Under the pieces are notes generated by a model. It ran no database searches and was not told the DNA's origin. It saw nothing but the letters and a program-made list of their open reading frames with translations. A stretch of DNA of 64,000 bases from Candidatus Enterousia sp. (GTDB lineage: Bacteria > Pseudomonadota > Alphaproteobacteria > Rs-D84), in contig JAZLBQ010000004.1 in the NCBI GenBank assembly GCA_045613785.1, positions 47,830 through 111,829 of the forward strand. Direction: 5' to 3'. Positions 54,008 to 63,676 of the stretch are shown here, in pieces. How positions within the stretch are numbered: position 1 is the stretch's first letter; every line of letters starts with the position of its first letter. Position numbers and translations under genes: made by a program.

Positions 54008-55672
54008 TTAAACGAATTTTTCAGGAACCAGATTGCAAATGTTTTTCCAGATTCTGCGTAATATCCCAGTGTCTGGTGCGTGTTTGTAAACGCGTGGTTT
54101 TTCGTCGCCTGGTCGTTTGCCTGTCCATACTGGGTCGTTGTTTGCGTTTAGGCTGACCTGCCAAGATGTTTGTGTGTCTTTGATGATCATTTCACGCAGT
54201 TTGTTTGCAAAATCACGACTTTCAAAGATTGCTACGTTTTCGGTATTGTAATACGCGCTTCTTGGGTCCAGGTTGAAACTGCCAATCCAAGAAATGTCGT
54301 CGTCGAACACCATAGTTTTGCTGTGCAGGACAGAAAAACTGGATTGTTTACGCTCACGGTCATGTTCTTTGCCACGCAGATTTTCAGCAGAAACCATAAA
54401 TTCATAAACGTCTGCACCTGATTCAATCAAGTGTTTTCTGTATTTTTCCCACTTTGCATATACGGTTGGTGCATTGGTTGAAGCCAATGAGTTTGTCACA
54501 ATGGTCAAATGAACGCCTGATTTTTCTTCGTTTAACATATGTTCCAATCCACCTTGTCCTGGAACAAAATAAGCAGCGGACATATAGACTGATTTGTTTG
54601 TTCTGTCCCACAGGTGTTGTAATGCACGAACAATTTCGCCACGATATTGTTCTTTTTCTTCCATAGACATTTCGACTTTTTGTGGTGGGTCAGCCAAGAA
54701 TTTTCCATGTCCCCAACTAAAATCAAGTCTTTTTTGCTTAAAATCACGTTGTGCTAGTGAAATAATAGTATTGTATCTGCGAACATCTTCGGCACTTCGT
54801 TTTTCGATATCTTCGAATGTTCGTTCCAGTTTACGCATTGCCTTTTTAGATTTTGCCTTTGGGAAAACGGCGGCGGGTATTGACAGGTGATGATTCCAGT
54901 ATTCGTTAAAACTGTCGGTGGCATAGTGTGTCATGTCTCCGATAAACAGCACGTCGGTATCAGAAAAGTTTGATGCTGTTTCTGGATAGAAATAGTTGCT
55001 GCCAACGTTTCGTCCACCTGTGATATATGCGATATTGTCAACGATGAACAGTTTGTTGTGCATGCGTGAGTTTAATCGATTAAAGTCTGTTAAGAATTGA
55101 GGGTAATATAATAATCTAGAACGGTTTCGAACAGTATTAAAAACTTTAACTTCTATATTAGGGTGTTGGTTTAGCAGCATAACATCGACGATGTCTGACT
55201 TTGTTCCATAGTCATCAACCAGTATTCGAACCTTGACGCCACGGTCTGCGGCGTTTTTTAGTTCGCCAATCAGAACTTTTGAAGAAAAGTCGTTACTGTA
55301 AATGTATGTCTGTAAATCAATTGTCTTAGTCGCCATTCTGGCAAACGCTGAACGTATTACAAATGCAGACAATCCGTCTTCGATAAGTGTTGCACCAGAT
55401 ATGTCGGGGCTTTGGCTAAGTTCATCGTCATAGCACATTGCGATTGGAGTTTTGTATGGGTCATAGTCAAAGTCAGATGACGTAATTTTTGCCTGATAGT
55501 TATCCAGTCTTGCGTCATTTGTTGTTGTTGGGACGGTTGTGCATCCCATCAAGGGTAGAGCTAAAATCCACATCGAAACTTTTTTAAGAATGTTCAACGC
55601 TAGTTTCCTTTGCCTAAAAATAATACAGTTGCGATTATAGTTAAATAAAAACGTTCCTGCAAGTAAATTCAT
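54008..55672 (-). CDS. Phospholipase D / cardiolipin-synthase-family lipoprotein with two HKD motifs
   Basis: HNKLFIVD and LHSKTMVFDD HKD motifs. Probable true start is the ATG at 55573 (MWILALPLMGC, lipobox LMGC). The ORF-track start at 55672 would add 33 aa. Confidence 0.85.
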   Translation of the reverse strand: MNLLAGTFLFNYNRNCIIFRQRKLALNILKKVSMWILALPLMGCTTVPTTTNDARLDNYQAKITSSDFDYDPYKTPIAMCYDDELSQSPDISGATLIEDGLSAFVIRSAFARMATKTIDLQTYIYSNDFSSKVLIGELKNAADRGVKVRILVDDYGTKSDIVDVMLLNQHPNIEVKVFNTVRNRSRLLYYPQFLTDFNRLNSRMHNKLFIVDNIAYITGGRNVGSNYFYPETASNFSDTDVLFIGDMTHYATDSFNEYWNHHLSIPAAVFPKAKSKKAMRKLERTFEDIEKRSAEDVRRYNTIISLAQRDFKQKRLDFSWGHGKFLADPPQKVEMSMEEKEQYRGEIVRALQHLWDRTNKSVYMSAAYFVPGQGGLEHMLNEEKSGVHLTIVTNSLASTNAPTVYAKWEKYRKHLIESGADVYEFMVSAENLRGKEHDRERKQSSFSVLHSKTMVFDDDISWIGSFNLDPRSAYYNTENVAIFESRDFANKLREMIIKDTQTSWQVSLNANNDPVWTGKRPGDEKPRVYKHAPDTGILRRIWKNICNLVPEKFV

Positions 55673-55777
55673 TATATTTTTTAATGATTTAGGAACGTGT
55701 TCTTAGTATTTGTGATTTTTGTGTTAATTTTTATTTTCTGTTATGGTAAAATAATAAAATAGGAAGGGTTGTTTTTT

Positions 55778-58072
55778 ATGAAAAGATTTGTTGCAGTTCT
55801 TAGTGGTCTTTTATTTTTGCCAGCATATGCCCAGGCTGTGCCTGTTTATAGCGAGGCTGATGTCGATACGTTGGTTGGTGATTTGCCTGGTAAAAACGAA
55901 GTAGAGGTTGATGATATTGATGCTGCTGCATTTGTAGTTCCTGTGGCACAGGCGTCTTCTCGTAATCCACGTGCAAGTGCTGCGTCTGCATCACGTGCTG
56001 TTCCTGCTGGGGCGGGGACGACGCCTAATACACGTTCTGCTTCGACACGTGCGACAATTGGTTCCAGAAATGTTTCAAGTTCTACGATTGCACGCAGTGC
56101 GGCTGCGAATTCGATTGCTCGTTCGACTGGTCGTTCTGTTGTTTCTACTGCGGGGCGTAATGCATCACGGGTGGCACGCAATTCAACAGTCCCTGTTGCT
56201 CAGTCTGTTACAGAGCGTCGTTCAGGTGTATCTGTAAATTCTGCTACGAATACTGCACGTTCGGTCAGTGCACGTGTTCCGACGATTGCCACAACGGTCG
56301 GGACTTCTTCTGCAACCACTAAATCAGAGCCTGTAGCTGTTGCGGATGTTGTGTCAAAAATGGACGAAGTTGCGAACTTGACTGCAACATGCAAGACACA
56401 ATATACAGAATGTATGGATAATTTCTGCAATGTTCTGGATGATAACCAGGGGCGTTGCTCTTGCTCAAAAAATATCAAGAACTACGAGAAAACAGAAAAT
56501 GCCTTAAAAGAAGCGACCGAGGCATTAAAGGATATTGCACAGCAGATTCAGTATATTGGTCTGACAGGTGAAGAGATTGAGATTTTGTTTTCCCAGACCG
56601 AGGCTGAAGCACAAATGCAGCAAACAAATGACAGTTCTCGTCTGAAAAACGACTTGGATAAAATTAAAAAACTGTTGGTTGAAGTCAAGGGGTCAACAGC
56701 CTCATCGTCTGAGGTGAATATAAGTTTTGACTTGTCTGGTTTGCTAGATTTTAGTGTGGATAGCAGTGGGTTTGATTTGGCGTCGTTGTTTGGTAGCACG
56801 TCTGCGAATACGTCCAGTATCAGCAATCAGCGTGGTGAACAGTTGTATAAGACTGCTGCGGCTCGTTGTAAAAAGGCGGTTTTAGAAGAATGTGATACTA
56901 TGGGTGTTGATGTATCTGTTATATCTAATGCCTATGACATGGAAATTGATAAGCAGTGTGTTGCGTATGAGCGTCGATTGACTGACACGAACGAAGAAAT
57001 GGTTCAGACAGTTCGTAATGCGAAAAATGTGTTGCAACGTGCTCGTTTGATGGTTGCTCAGAATAAAAATACATATGATTTACGTGGTTGTGTAAACGCA
57101 CTTGATTCTTGTATGCAGGATGACTTTGTTTGTGGTTCTGATTATGAGTATTGCCTGGATCCGACGGGTAAGTATATTGTGAACGGTGAAATTGTTGTTG
57201 GGTCGATGCCAGGTTATGTTATCGATGCTAACCAAACGCCGGCACCATCGACTGATTATCCTAAGGAAACTCTGTATGGCACATGGTATTATGATGAAAA
57301 TGTCTATGCCTGGGGGATGTCTGGTAATATATCAGACTATATAGATAAAAACAACACTTCTTCGGCTGTGACCAAGACTGATGCAAATATGGCGAAATAT
57401 CTGCAATATAAAATTGGGTATAATGATGGCGGCAAGAATTATGGAATGTGTATGTCTGTCTTGAACAAGTGTCAAGATATCACATACAGTAATGGTAAAT
57501 ATCAACCAGATAACCAAGTTGTTCGTGAATACCTGCGTCGCACATTGGTTCAGATAAAGGCCAGTCAAGATGCAGTTTTGCGTGATTATGCATCAAGCTG
57601 CATAGCTGATGTTTCAACTTGTTTGTCGTCAAATAATTACGAAGCCGGCAATACAACTAAAAGCAATATCGCAATCAATGCATGTCGTGCGGAAATTGTA
57701 ACGTGTATGTCTGTAAATGGTGATACGACCAAGACCCCAACCCCAAGTAGTATGAAACAATGGGTTGATGCAATCAATTCAGTTTCATCAGGCGATTCTG
57801 GCACAACGAGTTCTCCTGTTCCTGTTGGTTGCTCTCAAGAATATTTTTATTATAATGGTTCGACCTGTGTTTCGTGCAAGAATGGAACATGGGACGACGT
57901 GCAAAAAGGATGTAAATGTACCACATATTATAATGGGGCGATAACAGAGTATACGGTGGGCGGTGGGTGCTCATGCACAGGTGATACCCGTGAAGAAGCT
58001 GATTATTGCACGGGTGAAATATATGGTTATCACCTGTTTACATCTGGTGGTAGTTATCAACCTGATAAATAA
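55778..58072 (+). CDS. Secreted Cys-rich protein, paralog A (about 764 aa)
   Basis: Signal peptide MKRFVAVLSGLLFLPAYAQA after an AGGAAGGG RBS. Acidic stretch, then an Arg/Ser/Ala/Thr-rich low-complexity region of about 130 aa. Conserved Cys-rich core (CKTQYTECMDNFCNVLDDNQGRCSCSKNIKNYEKTE...). Divergent Cys-rich tail (CVSCKNGTWDD...). Confidence 0.8.
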   Translation: MKRFVAVLSGLLFLPAYAQAVPVYSEADVDTLVGDLPGKNEVEVDDIDAAAFVVPVAQASSRNPRASAASASRAVPAGAGTTPNTRSASTRATIGSRNVSSSTIARSAAANSIARSTGRSVVSTAGRNASRVARNSTVPVAQSVTERRSGVSVNSATNTARSVSARVPTIATTVGTSSATTKSEPVAVADVVSKMDEVANLTATCKTQYTECMDNFCNVLDDNQGRCSCSKNIKNYEKTENALKEATEALKDIAQQIQYIGLTGEEIEILFSQTEAEAQMQQTNDSSRLKNDLDKIKKLLVEVKGSTASSSEVNISFDLSGLLDFSVDSSGFDLASLFGSTSANTSSISNQRGEQLYKTAAARCKKAVLEECDTMGVDVSVISNAYDMEIDKQCVAYERRLTDTNEEMVQTVRNAKNVLQRARLMVAQNKNTYDLRGCVNALDSCMQDDFVCGSDYEYCLDPTGKYIVNGEIVVGSMPGYVIDANQTPAPSTDYPKETLYGTWYYDENVYAWGMSGNISDYIDKNNTSSAVTKTDANMAKYLQYKIGYNDGGKNYGMCMSVLNKCQDITYSNGKYQPDNQVVREYLRRTLVQIKASQDAVLRDYASSCIADVSTCLSSNNYEAGNTTKSNIAINACRAEIVTCMSVNGDTTKTPTPSSMKQWVDAINSVSSGDSGTTSSPVPVGCSQEYFYYNGSTCVSCKNGTWDDVQKGCKCTTYYNGAITEYTVGGGCSCTGDTREEADYCTGEIYGYHLFTSGGSYQPDK
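56390..57230 (+). repeat. Direct repeat copy 1 (conserved core of the tandem paralogs)
   Basis: Aligns to 58807..59640 with mostly synonymous or conservative differences. Confidence 0.8.
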
Positions 58073-58170
58073 ACCTCTTATCATCATTTGTCCTAAAACT
58101 CAATTTTTTCAATTGCGTTGCATTGCGTAATGTGATAAAATGAAACATAATTAGAGGGAAGGATTAAGCC

Positions 58171-60375
58171 GTGAAAAGATTTTTAGCTGTCTTAAGTGGG
58201 TTACTTGTATTGCCTGCATATGCCGAAATTGCACCTGTTTATTATGAAATAGACAGTGATTATGAATCGGTCGATGTCGCTGGTGACAGTGAACAGGATG
58301 TTGATGAAATTGATGTCGCTGCTGTTGCTGTGCCGGTTTCTCAGACAACTGCTCGTGCGTTGCGTGCATCAAATGCGGCGTCGTCACGTGCAATGCCAAC
58401 AGGTGCCAGGGCGGTAAATTCTCGTTCTGCAGCGACCCGTGCAACGACTTCTCGTAATGTTTCGAATTCAAATGTGGCACGCACTGCTACAAATACGGCA
58501 ATGGCACGTTCTGGTGCATCACGTGTTGCGTCTCGTTCAATGGCACGTTCTGGTGCGACACAGATTGCCACAACACGTCAGGCAATGCAGAATAATGGAA
58601 CAACTGCACGTGCAGCGATTGTTCAAACTGATACGGTTCGCACCCCATTATATACCGGTCGGGTCAGTTCACGTGCCAGTGCTGTTCGTGCACGTATCCC
58701 AACAATTACATCTGTTTCTGGTAACGTTTCAACAACAACTGGCGGCACGGTTGATGCAGCTACAGCTGCGGCTGAAATGGACGAATTGGCACAGTTGACT
58801 GATTTCTGCAAGGCACAATACACAGATTGTATGGATAACTTCTGTAATGTTCTGGACGATAACCAGGGGCGTTGTTCTTGTTCAAAGAATATCAAAAATT
58901 ATGAAAAGACAGAAACTGCGTTAAAAGAAGCGACCGAAGCATTAAAAGACGTCGCGCAACAAATTCAGTATATTGGTCTGACCAGTGATGAAATTGAAAC
59001 ATTGTTTACTCAGACAGAAGCTGAACTTGAAATGCAACAAACAACAGACAGTTCACGTCTGAAAAACGATTTGGATAAAATTAAAAAGCTGTTGGTTGAT
59101 GTAAAAGGTTCGGCTGCATCTTCGTCCGAAGTGGATATGAGTTTTGATTTGTCTGGTCTATTGGACTTCAGTGTGAACAGCACGGGCTTTGATTTGACAT
59201 CATTATTTGGTGGCACAACAACAAATACATCCAGTATCAGTAACCAACGTGGTGAACAGTTGTATAAAACAGCAGCCTCACGTTGCAAAAAGGCAGTTTT
59301 GGAAAATTGTCAGAACCAAGGCGTTGATATTTCAATTATCTCAAACGCATATGACCTGGAAATCGACAAGCAGTGTGTGGCATATGAACGTCAGTTGACA
59401 GATACTAACGAAGAAATGTCGCAAACTGTCCGCAATGCTAAGGGGGTTTTGCAGCGTGCACGTTTGATGGTTGCCCAGAACAAGAATTCGTATGACTTGC
59501 GTGGCTGTGTAAATGCACTGGATTCATGTATGCAGGACGATTTTGTCTGCGGAACAGATTATGAATACTGTCTGGATCCAACCGGCAAGTATATCGTAAA
59601 CGGCGAAGTTGTTGTTGGGTCAACGCCTGGCTTTATGGTCAAAAAGGACGAGGGATCTTCTGCAGTATTCCCAGATGAATCTGATAAGGACGCTAAGGGT
59701 AAAAATACCCTGTTGGCTGGCTGGTATTATGGCGAAAAATATGCTTGGGCTGATACAAGTGCTAATGGTGATTTGATGGGGTATATTGAAAACTATACCA
59801 AAACATCAGCTGTAGAAAAGCCAACGTCTGTATATGCTGAATATCTGCAATATAAAATTGGATATAACGACGGAACAAAAAATCACGGTATGTGTATGTC
59901 TGTTCTGAACAAATGTCAAGACCTTTCCTATGAAAAGGGAAAGTATAAGCCTAATAATAATGTAGTTAAGGAATATTTGACCCGGACACTGACCCAAATT
60001 AAGGCGGCTCAGGACGAAATATTGGCAGAATATGCATCAAATTGTTTGTCTGACGTGTCATCGTGTTTGTCATCAAATAACTATGTTGCAGAAAACACGA
60101 CCAAAGCAAACATTGCAATCAATGCGTGTCGTTCTGAAATTGTCACGTGTATGTCTGTAAATGGTAATGCAGCGGCTACTCCAAATCCGGAAGAAATGAA
60201 GAATTGGGTTGCGGGAATGGTTGGTTGCACCAAGGAAGGCTTTGAATGGGATTCAAGTAATAAGAAATGTGTGTCCTGTGTTGGTGGCAGCTGGGATGCA
60301 ACTGATAACACGTGTGATTGCCCATCCGGTGCTTCTTATGATGTAGTCAATGGGTGCGTAAAAGCAGCAAGCTAA
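58171..60375 (+). CDS. Secreted Cys-rich protein, paralog B (734 aa; GTG start)
   Basis: MKRFLAVLSGLLVLPAYAEIAP. GTG start preceded by an AGAGGGAAGGA RBS. Same architecture as paralog A. The conserved core is roughly 85 percent identical at nucleotide level by eye. The C-terminal tail retains CVSCVGGSWDA. Confidence 0.8.
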   Translation: MKRFLAVLSGLLVLPAYAEIAPVYYEIDSDYESVDVAGDSEQDVDEIDVAAVAVPVSQTTARALRASNAASSRAMPTGARAVNSRSAATRATTSRNVSNSNVARTATNTAMARSGASRVASRSMARSGATQIATTRQAMQNNGTTARAAIVQTDTVRTPLYTGRVSSRASAVRARIPTITSVSGNVSTTTGGTVDAATAAAEMDELAQLTDFCKAQYTDCMDNFCNVLDDNQGRCSCSKNIKNYEKTETALKEATEALKDVAQQIQYIGLTSDEIETLFTQTEAELEMQQTTDSSRLKNDLDKIKKLLVDVKGSAASSSEVDMSFDLSGLLDFSVNSTGFDLTSLFGGTTTNTSSISNQRGEQLYKTAASRCKKAVLENCQNQGVDISIISNAYDLEIDKQCVAYERQLTDTNEEMSQTVRNAKGVLQRARLMVAQNKNSYDLRGCVNALDSCMQDDFVCGTDYEYCLDPTGKYIVNGEVVVGSTPGFMVKKDEGSSAVFPDESDKDAKGKNTLLAGWYYGEKYAWADTSANGDLMGYIENYTKTSAVEKPTSVYAEYLQYKIGYNDGTKNHGMCMSVLNKCQDLSYEKGKYKPNNNVVKEYLTRTLTQIKAAQDEILAEYASNCLSDVSSCLSSNNYVAENTTKANIAINACRSEIVTCMSVNGNAAATPNPEEMKNWVAGMVGCTKEGFEWDSSNKKCVSCVGGSWDATDNTCDCPSGASYDVVNGCVKAAS
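58807..59640 (+). repeat. Direct repeat copy 2 (conserved core of the tandem paralogs)
   Basis: See copy 1. Confidence 0.8.
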
Positions 60376-60396
60376 ATAAAGTCGTTTAAAGGCTAA

Positions 60397-60440
60397 ATTA
60401 AATCCCCTGCAATCGCAGGGGATTTAATTTGGTATGTCAT
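60397..60440 (+). terminator. Rho-independent terminator after paralog B (AAATCCCCTGCAATCGCAGGGGATTT)
   Basis: 10-bp GC-rich stem and T-rich tail. Confidence 0.55.
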
Positions 60441-60503
60441 TTGTAAAATCAGAAACGGTAAATTATTCTGTTTTGTTCTTGCTAAATCCAGCAATAGGAT
60501 AAC

Positions 60504-60533
60504 AAAAAAACGCCCAAATGGGCGTTTTGTGTT
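60504..60533 (-). terminator. Terminator for the minus-strand pepO gene (ACGCCCAAATGGGCGT, U-run on the minus strand)
   Basis: On the minus strand the hairpin is followed by TTTTTTT. Confidence 0.55.
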
Positions 60534-62515
60534 TACCACAGTTTTACACGTTCTCCAGGTAATACATACAACCCATCGCCTGATTTTATGTCAAATACAC
60601 TATACCATGCGTTGATGTGTGGCAGTATTCCGTTTACACGATTTTTGCCCAAAGAATGCTCGTCAACCTTGGTCAGGCGTAATTCTTCGTCTGGGCGAAT
60701 GTTCTGTGCCCACGCCCCTGCGTATGCGATAAAGAAGCGTCTGTCTGCACTGATGCTTTCTGCATCACCAGATGGTGTGCCAAAGTTTTTATATGCGTCA
60801 AATGCAATTGTTACGCCACCATAGTCTGCCAGATTTTCGCCCAGTGTAAATTCGCCATTTGCAAAGACTTCGTCGTTTATTTTGATTTTATCGAAATATT
60901 CCTTCATTGTGCTGGCACGTTCATTGAATTTTTCTGCATCTTCGCTGGTCCACCAGTCTTTCATATTGCCATCTTTGTCAAAGTGGCGACCAGAATCATC
61001 GAATCCATGGGTCATTTCATGACCAATAACAGCACCGATAGCACCATAGTTAAATGCGTCATCTGCCTCCATATCAAAGAACGGATATTGCAAGATTCCT
61101 GCAGGGAAACAGATTTCGTTTGTTGAAGGGTCGTAGTATGCGTTGACTTCGTGTGCATTCATATACCAGATTGTAGGGTCTTTTTCCTGGCCTATTTTTT
61201 CAATCCAGAATGCGTCTTCAAATTCTGAAACACGCATCATATTTTCCCACAACGAATCATTTTTGATTTCCAGTTTTGAATAATCACGCCATTTATCTGG
61301 ATATCCAATTTTTGCTGTAAATCCTGCCAGTTTTTCCAGTGCTTTTACTTTAGTTTTATCCGACATCCATTCCAGTTTTTCGATACGCATTGCGTATGCA
61401 CGTTGCAGGTTTTTTACCAATGTCTGCATGCGTTCTTTGGCGTCTGAAGAAAAGTATTTTTCAACATACAGGCGGCCAATTTCTTCGCCCAGCGAACCGT
61501 CCAACATTGCGACTGCACGTTTCCAACGTGGCTTTTGTTCTTTTTGTCCAGCCATTGTTCGGTTATAGAAATCAAAAGATATGTCATATGTCTTGTCGTC
61601 CAAGACAGTGTCTGCTGCACTGACAATTCTGTATTTTAAATACGTTTTAACCAATTCGAAATCGGTGTCGTTCATAATTGCGATTGATTCTGCAATCGCT
61701 TCAGGTTGTGCGATGTTGATAAATTTCGCTGCCTTTGCACCACGTGTGTCCAAGAAAGTGTCCCAATCAAATCCCGGAAATTTTTCTTTTATTTGTTCAA
61801 TGCTCATCTTGTGATAGTTTGCATGAGGATCACGTAATTTTTCTTTGGGATAGAACGATTTTGCCATTCTTTCTTCCATTGCATACAACTTATCGACATC
61901 AACTTCTATGCCAAAGTTCTTCATCTGCTTTTCGATAAATTCACGGTATTTTTTGCGAACTTCAACTGTTTTAGCGTCTGTGTCAAAATAATAATCACGG
62001 GACAACCCCAGACCGCCCTGACCAATATTATACAGATAGTGTTCGCTGTCCATTTCGTCCAGTGCAACACCGTCGCCCCAAAAAGCAGACGTAAACTTGT
62101 GCATTTGCCCCAGGTATTTTTCTAGGTCTTTGCGTTCCAGTTTGTCGATTTGGGCAAACAGTGGCGACACAGGTTGAATGCCGTCTTGATTTAATTTCTT
62201 TTCGTTCATTGCAATGCTATACAACTGGCCAATTTTGCCATTATCGTTTTCTGCGATTTCACGTGTGCGTTCCAGATTGGTGTTGCGTAATACTTCAAAA
62301 GCACCGTATCTTGAATAGTCGTCTGGGATTGGATTGTGTTTCTGCCAACCTGCGTTTGCGTATGCATAGAAATCGTCGCCTGGTTTGACTGACATATCCA
62401 TATTTTCGATTTTGATACCTGCACTCACCACTTTCTCCTTTGTTGCATTGTGTGCCCAAACGATTGCAGTCAACACCGCAACCACGCCTATAAAGTTCCA
62501 AAATTTACTTTCCAT
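60533..62515 (-). CDS. pepO: M13-family zinc metallopeptidase (PepO / neprilysin-like), 660 aa
   Basis: HEMTHGFDD (HExxH), ENLADYGG and NAYY motifs. N-terminal signal anchor. Confidence 0.9.
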   Translation of the reverse strand: MESKFWNFIGVVAVLTAIVWAHNATKEKVVSAGIKIENMDMSVKPGDDFYAYANAGWQKHNPIPDDYSRYGAFEVLRNTNLERTREIAENDNGKIGQLYSIAMNEKKLNQDGIQPVSPLFAQIDKLERKDLEKYLGQMHKFTSAFWGDGVALDEMDSEHYLYNIGQGGLGLSRDYYFDTDAKTVEVRKKYREFIEKQMKNFGIEVDVDKLYAMEERMAKSFYPKEKLRDPHANYHKMSIEQIKEKFPGFDWDTFLDTRGAKAAKFINIAQPEAIAESIAIMNDTDFELVKTYLKYRIVSAADTVLDDKTYDISFDFYNRTMAGQKEQKPRWKRAVAMLDGSLGEEIGRLYVEKYFSSDAKERMQTLVKNLQRAYAMRIEKLEWMSDKTKVKALEKLAGFTAKIGYPDKWRDYSKLEIKNDSLWENMMRVSEFEDAFWIEKIGQEKDPTIWYMNAHEVNAYYDPSTNEICFPAGILQYPFFDMEADDAFNYGAIGAVIGHEMTHGFDDSGRHFDKDGNMKDWWTSEDAEKFNERASTMKEYFDKIKINDEVFANGEFTLGENLADYGGVTIAFDAYKNFGTPSGDAESISADRRFFIAYAGAWAQNIRPDEELRLTKVDEHSLGKNRVNGILPHINAWYSVFDIKSGDGLYVLPGERVKLW

Positions 62516-62516
62516 T

Positions 62517-63599
62517 TCATTTCACCAAATTTACTGTTACATCGTCCAGAATCAATAATCCATTTGGGGTTGCACGAATGCGACCGTCTTGAATCTGAAC
62601 CAGTTCAGGGTTGTTTTTGACCCAGTCTATATCAATAACCTTTTTTACATCGTCTGTCAATTGGCAACCGCACACAGTCCGCATTCCCATCAAGACTTTT
62701 TCAATTGCTCGTGTTTCATTATCGATTGCGACAAATTTTTGATTTGCACCCATTTGTTCATACCAAATGCCATCAATACAAACTCTGCCTGCTGCACCAC
62801 GTCCGATGCCGATGTATGCACCGCCGTCCCATATGTTTAAATTATGCTGGCATTCGTTCCCTGGGGTTGCATAGTTTGAAACCTCATATCGGGGCAGGGT
62901 CAGTGTTTTTTCTATCGCCATATACATATCTGCCATTATTTCATTGTCTGGCATATTTAAATTCATTTTTCCAAAAGGTGTGTTCGGCTCTATTGTCAGT
63001 TCGTATAAAGAACAGTGTTCAATTCCGATTTGGTTTATTTGTTCGCACGTTAAAATAACATCATTTACTGTTTCGTTTGGCAGTCCATAAATAAAGTCAG
63101 CCGATGTTCGCAAATTTAACTTTTTTGCAGATTGAATCAATTTGATTGTATCGTTTGCACTGTGTCTGCGTCCCAAAAATTTTAGTTTTTCATCACTTAA
63201 ACTTTGAACGCCGATTGAAATACGGTTGATTCCAGCTTGGACAAAGTCTTTTAATTTGTCTTCGTCAATCGTTCCAGGGTTAGCCTCTATGGTGATTTCT
63301 GCGTCTTTGGGTAAAATAAAGTTTTGTTTTAATATCTGGATAATTTTTTCAAAGCAATCAACTGGCATCAGCGAAGGTGTGCCACCACCAAAGAATACAG
63401 TTGGCACGATTATGTCAGGCATTTTTTCAGCCCACTGCAAGATTTCCTTGCAAATACCATCTGAGTATTCTGTCCAGTCTGGGTTTGCACATGCCCACGA
63501 CATAAAAGCACAATAATTGCACTTTGATTTGCAAAAAGGCACATGAATATAAATATTGTGTGGCATATTTTTCATTTCATCGGACAGTTTACAACACAA
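62517..63599 (-). CDS. hemW: Radical-SAM HemW-like heme chaperone / coproporphyrinogen-III-oxidase-like protein
   Basis: YIHVPFCKSKCNYCAF gives a CxxxCxxC motif. HemN-family C-domain. Probable start at the internal MKNMPHN or MPHN. Overlaps the pepO start. Confidence 0.85.
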   Translation of the reverse strand: MCCKLSDEMKNMPHNIYIHVPFCKSKCNYCAFMSWACANPDWTEYSDGICKEILQWAEKMPDIIVPTVFFGGGTPSLMPVDCFEKIIQILKQNFILPKDAEITIEANPGTIDEDKLKDFVQAGINRISIGVQSLSDEKLKFLGRRHSANDTIKLIQSAKKLNLRTSADFIYGLPNETVNDVILTCEQINQIGIEHCSLYELTIEPNTPFGKMNLNMPDNEIMADMYMAIEKTLTLPRYEVSNYATPGNECQHNLNIWDGGAYIGIGRGAAGRVCIDGIWYEQMGANQKFVAIDNETRAIEKVLMGMRTVCGCQLTDDVKKVIDIDWVKNNPELVQIQDGRIRATPNGLLILDDVTVNLVK

Positions 63600-63676
63600 A
63601 ATAATCGGTGCAAGGGATAAATTAAAATACTTTTCACAGTTTCAAAATTATGTTATAATACGAACAACGTTATACG

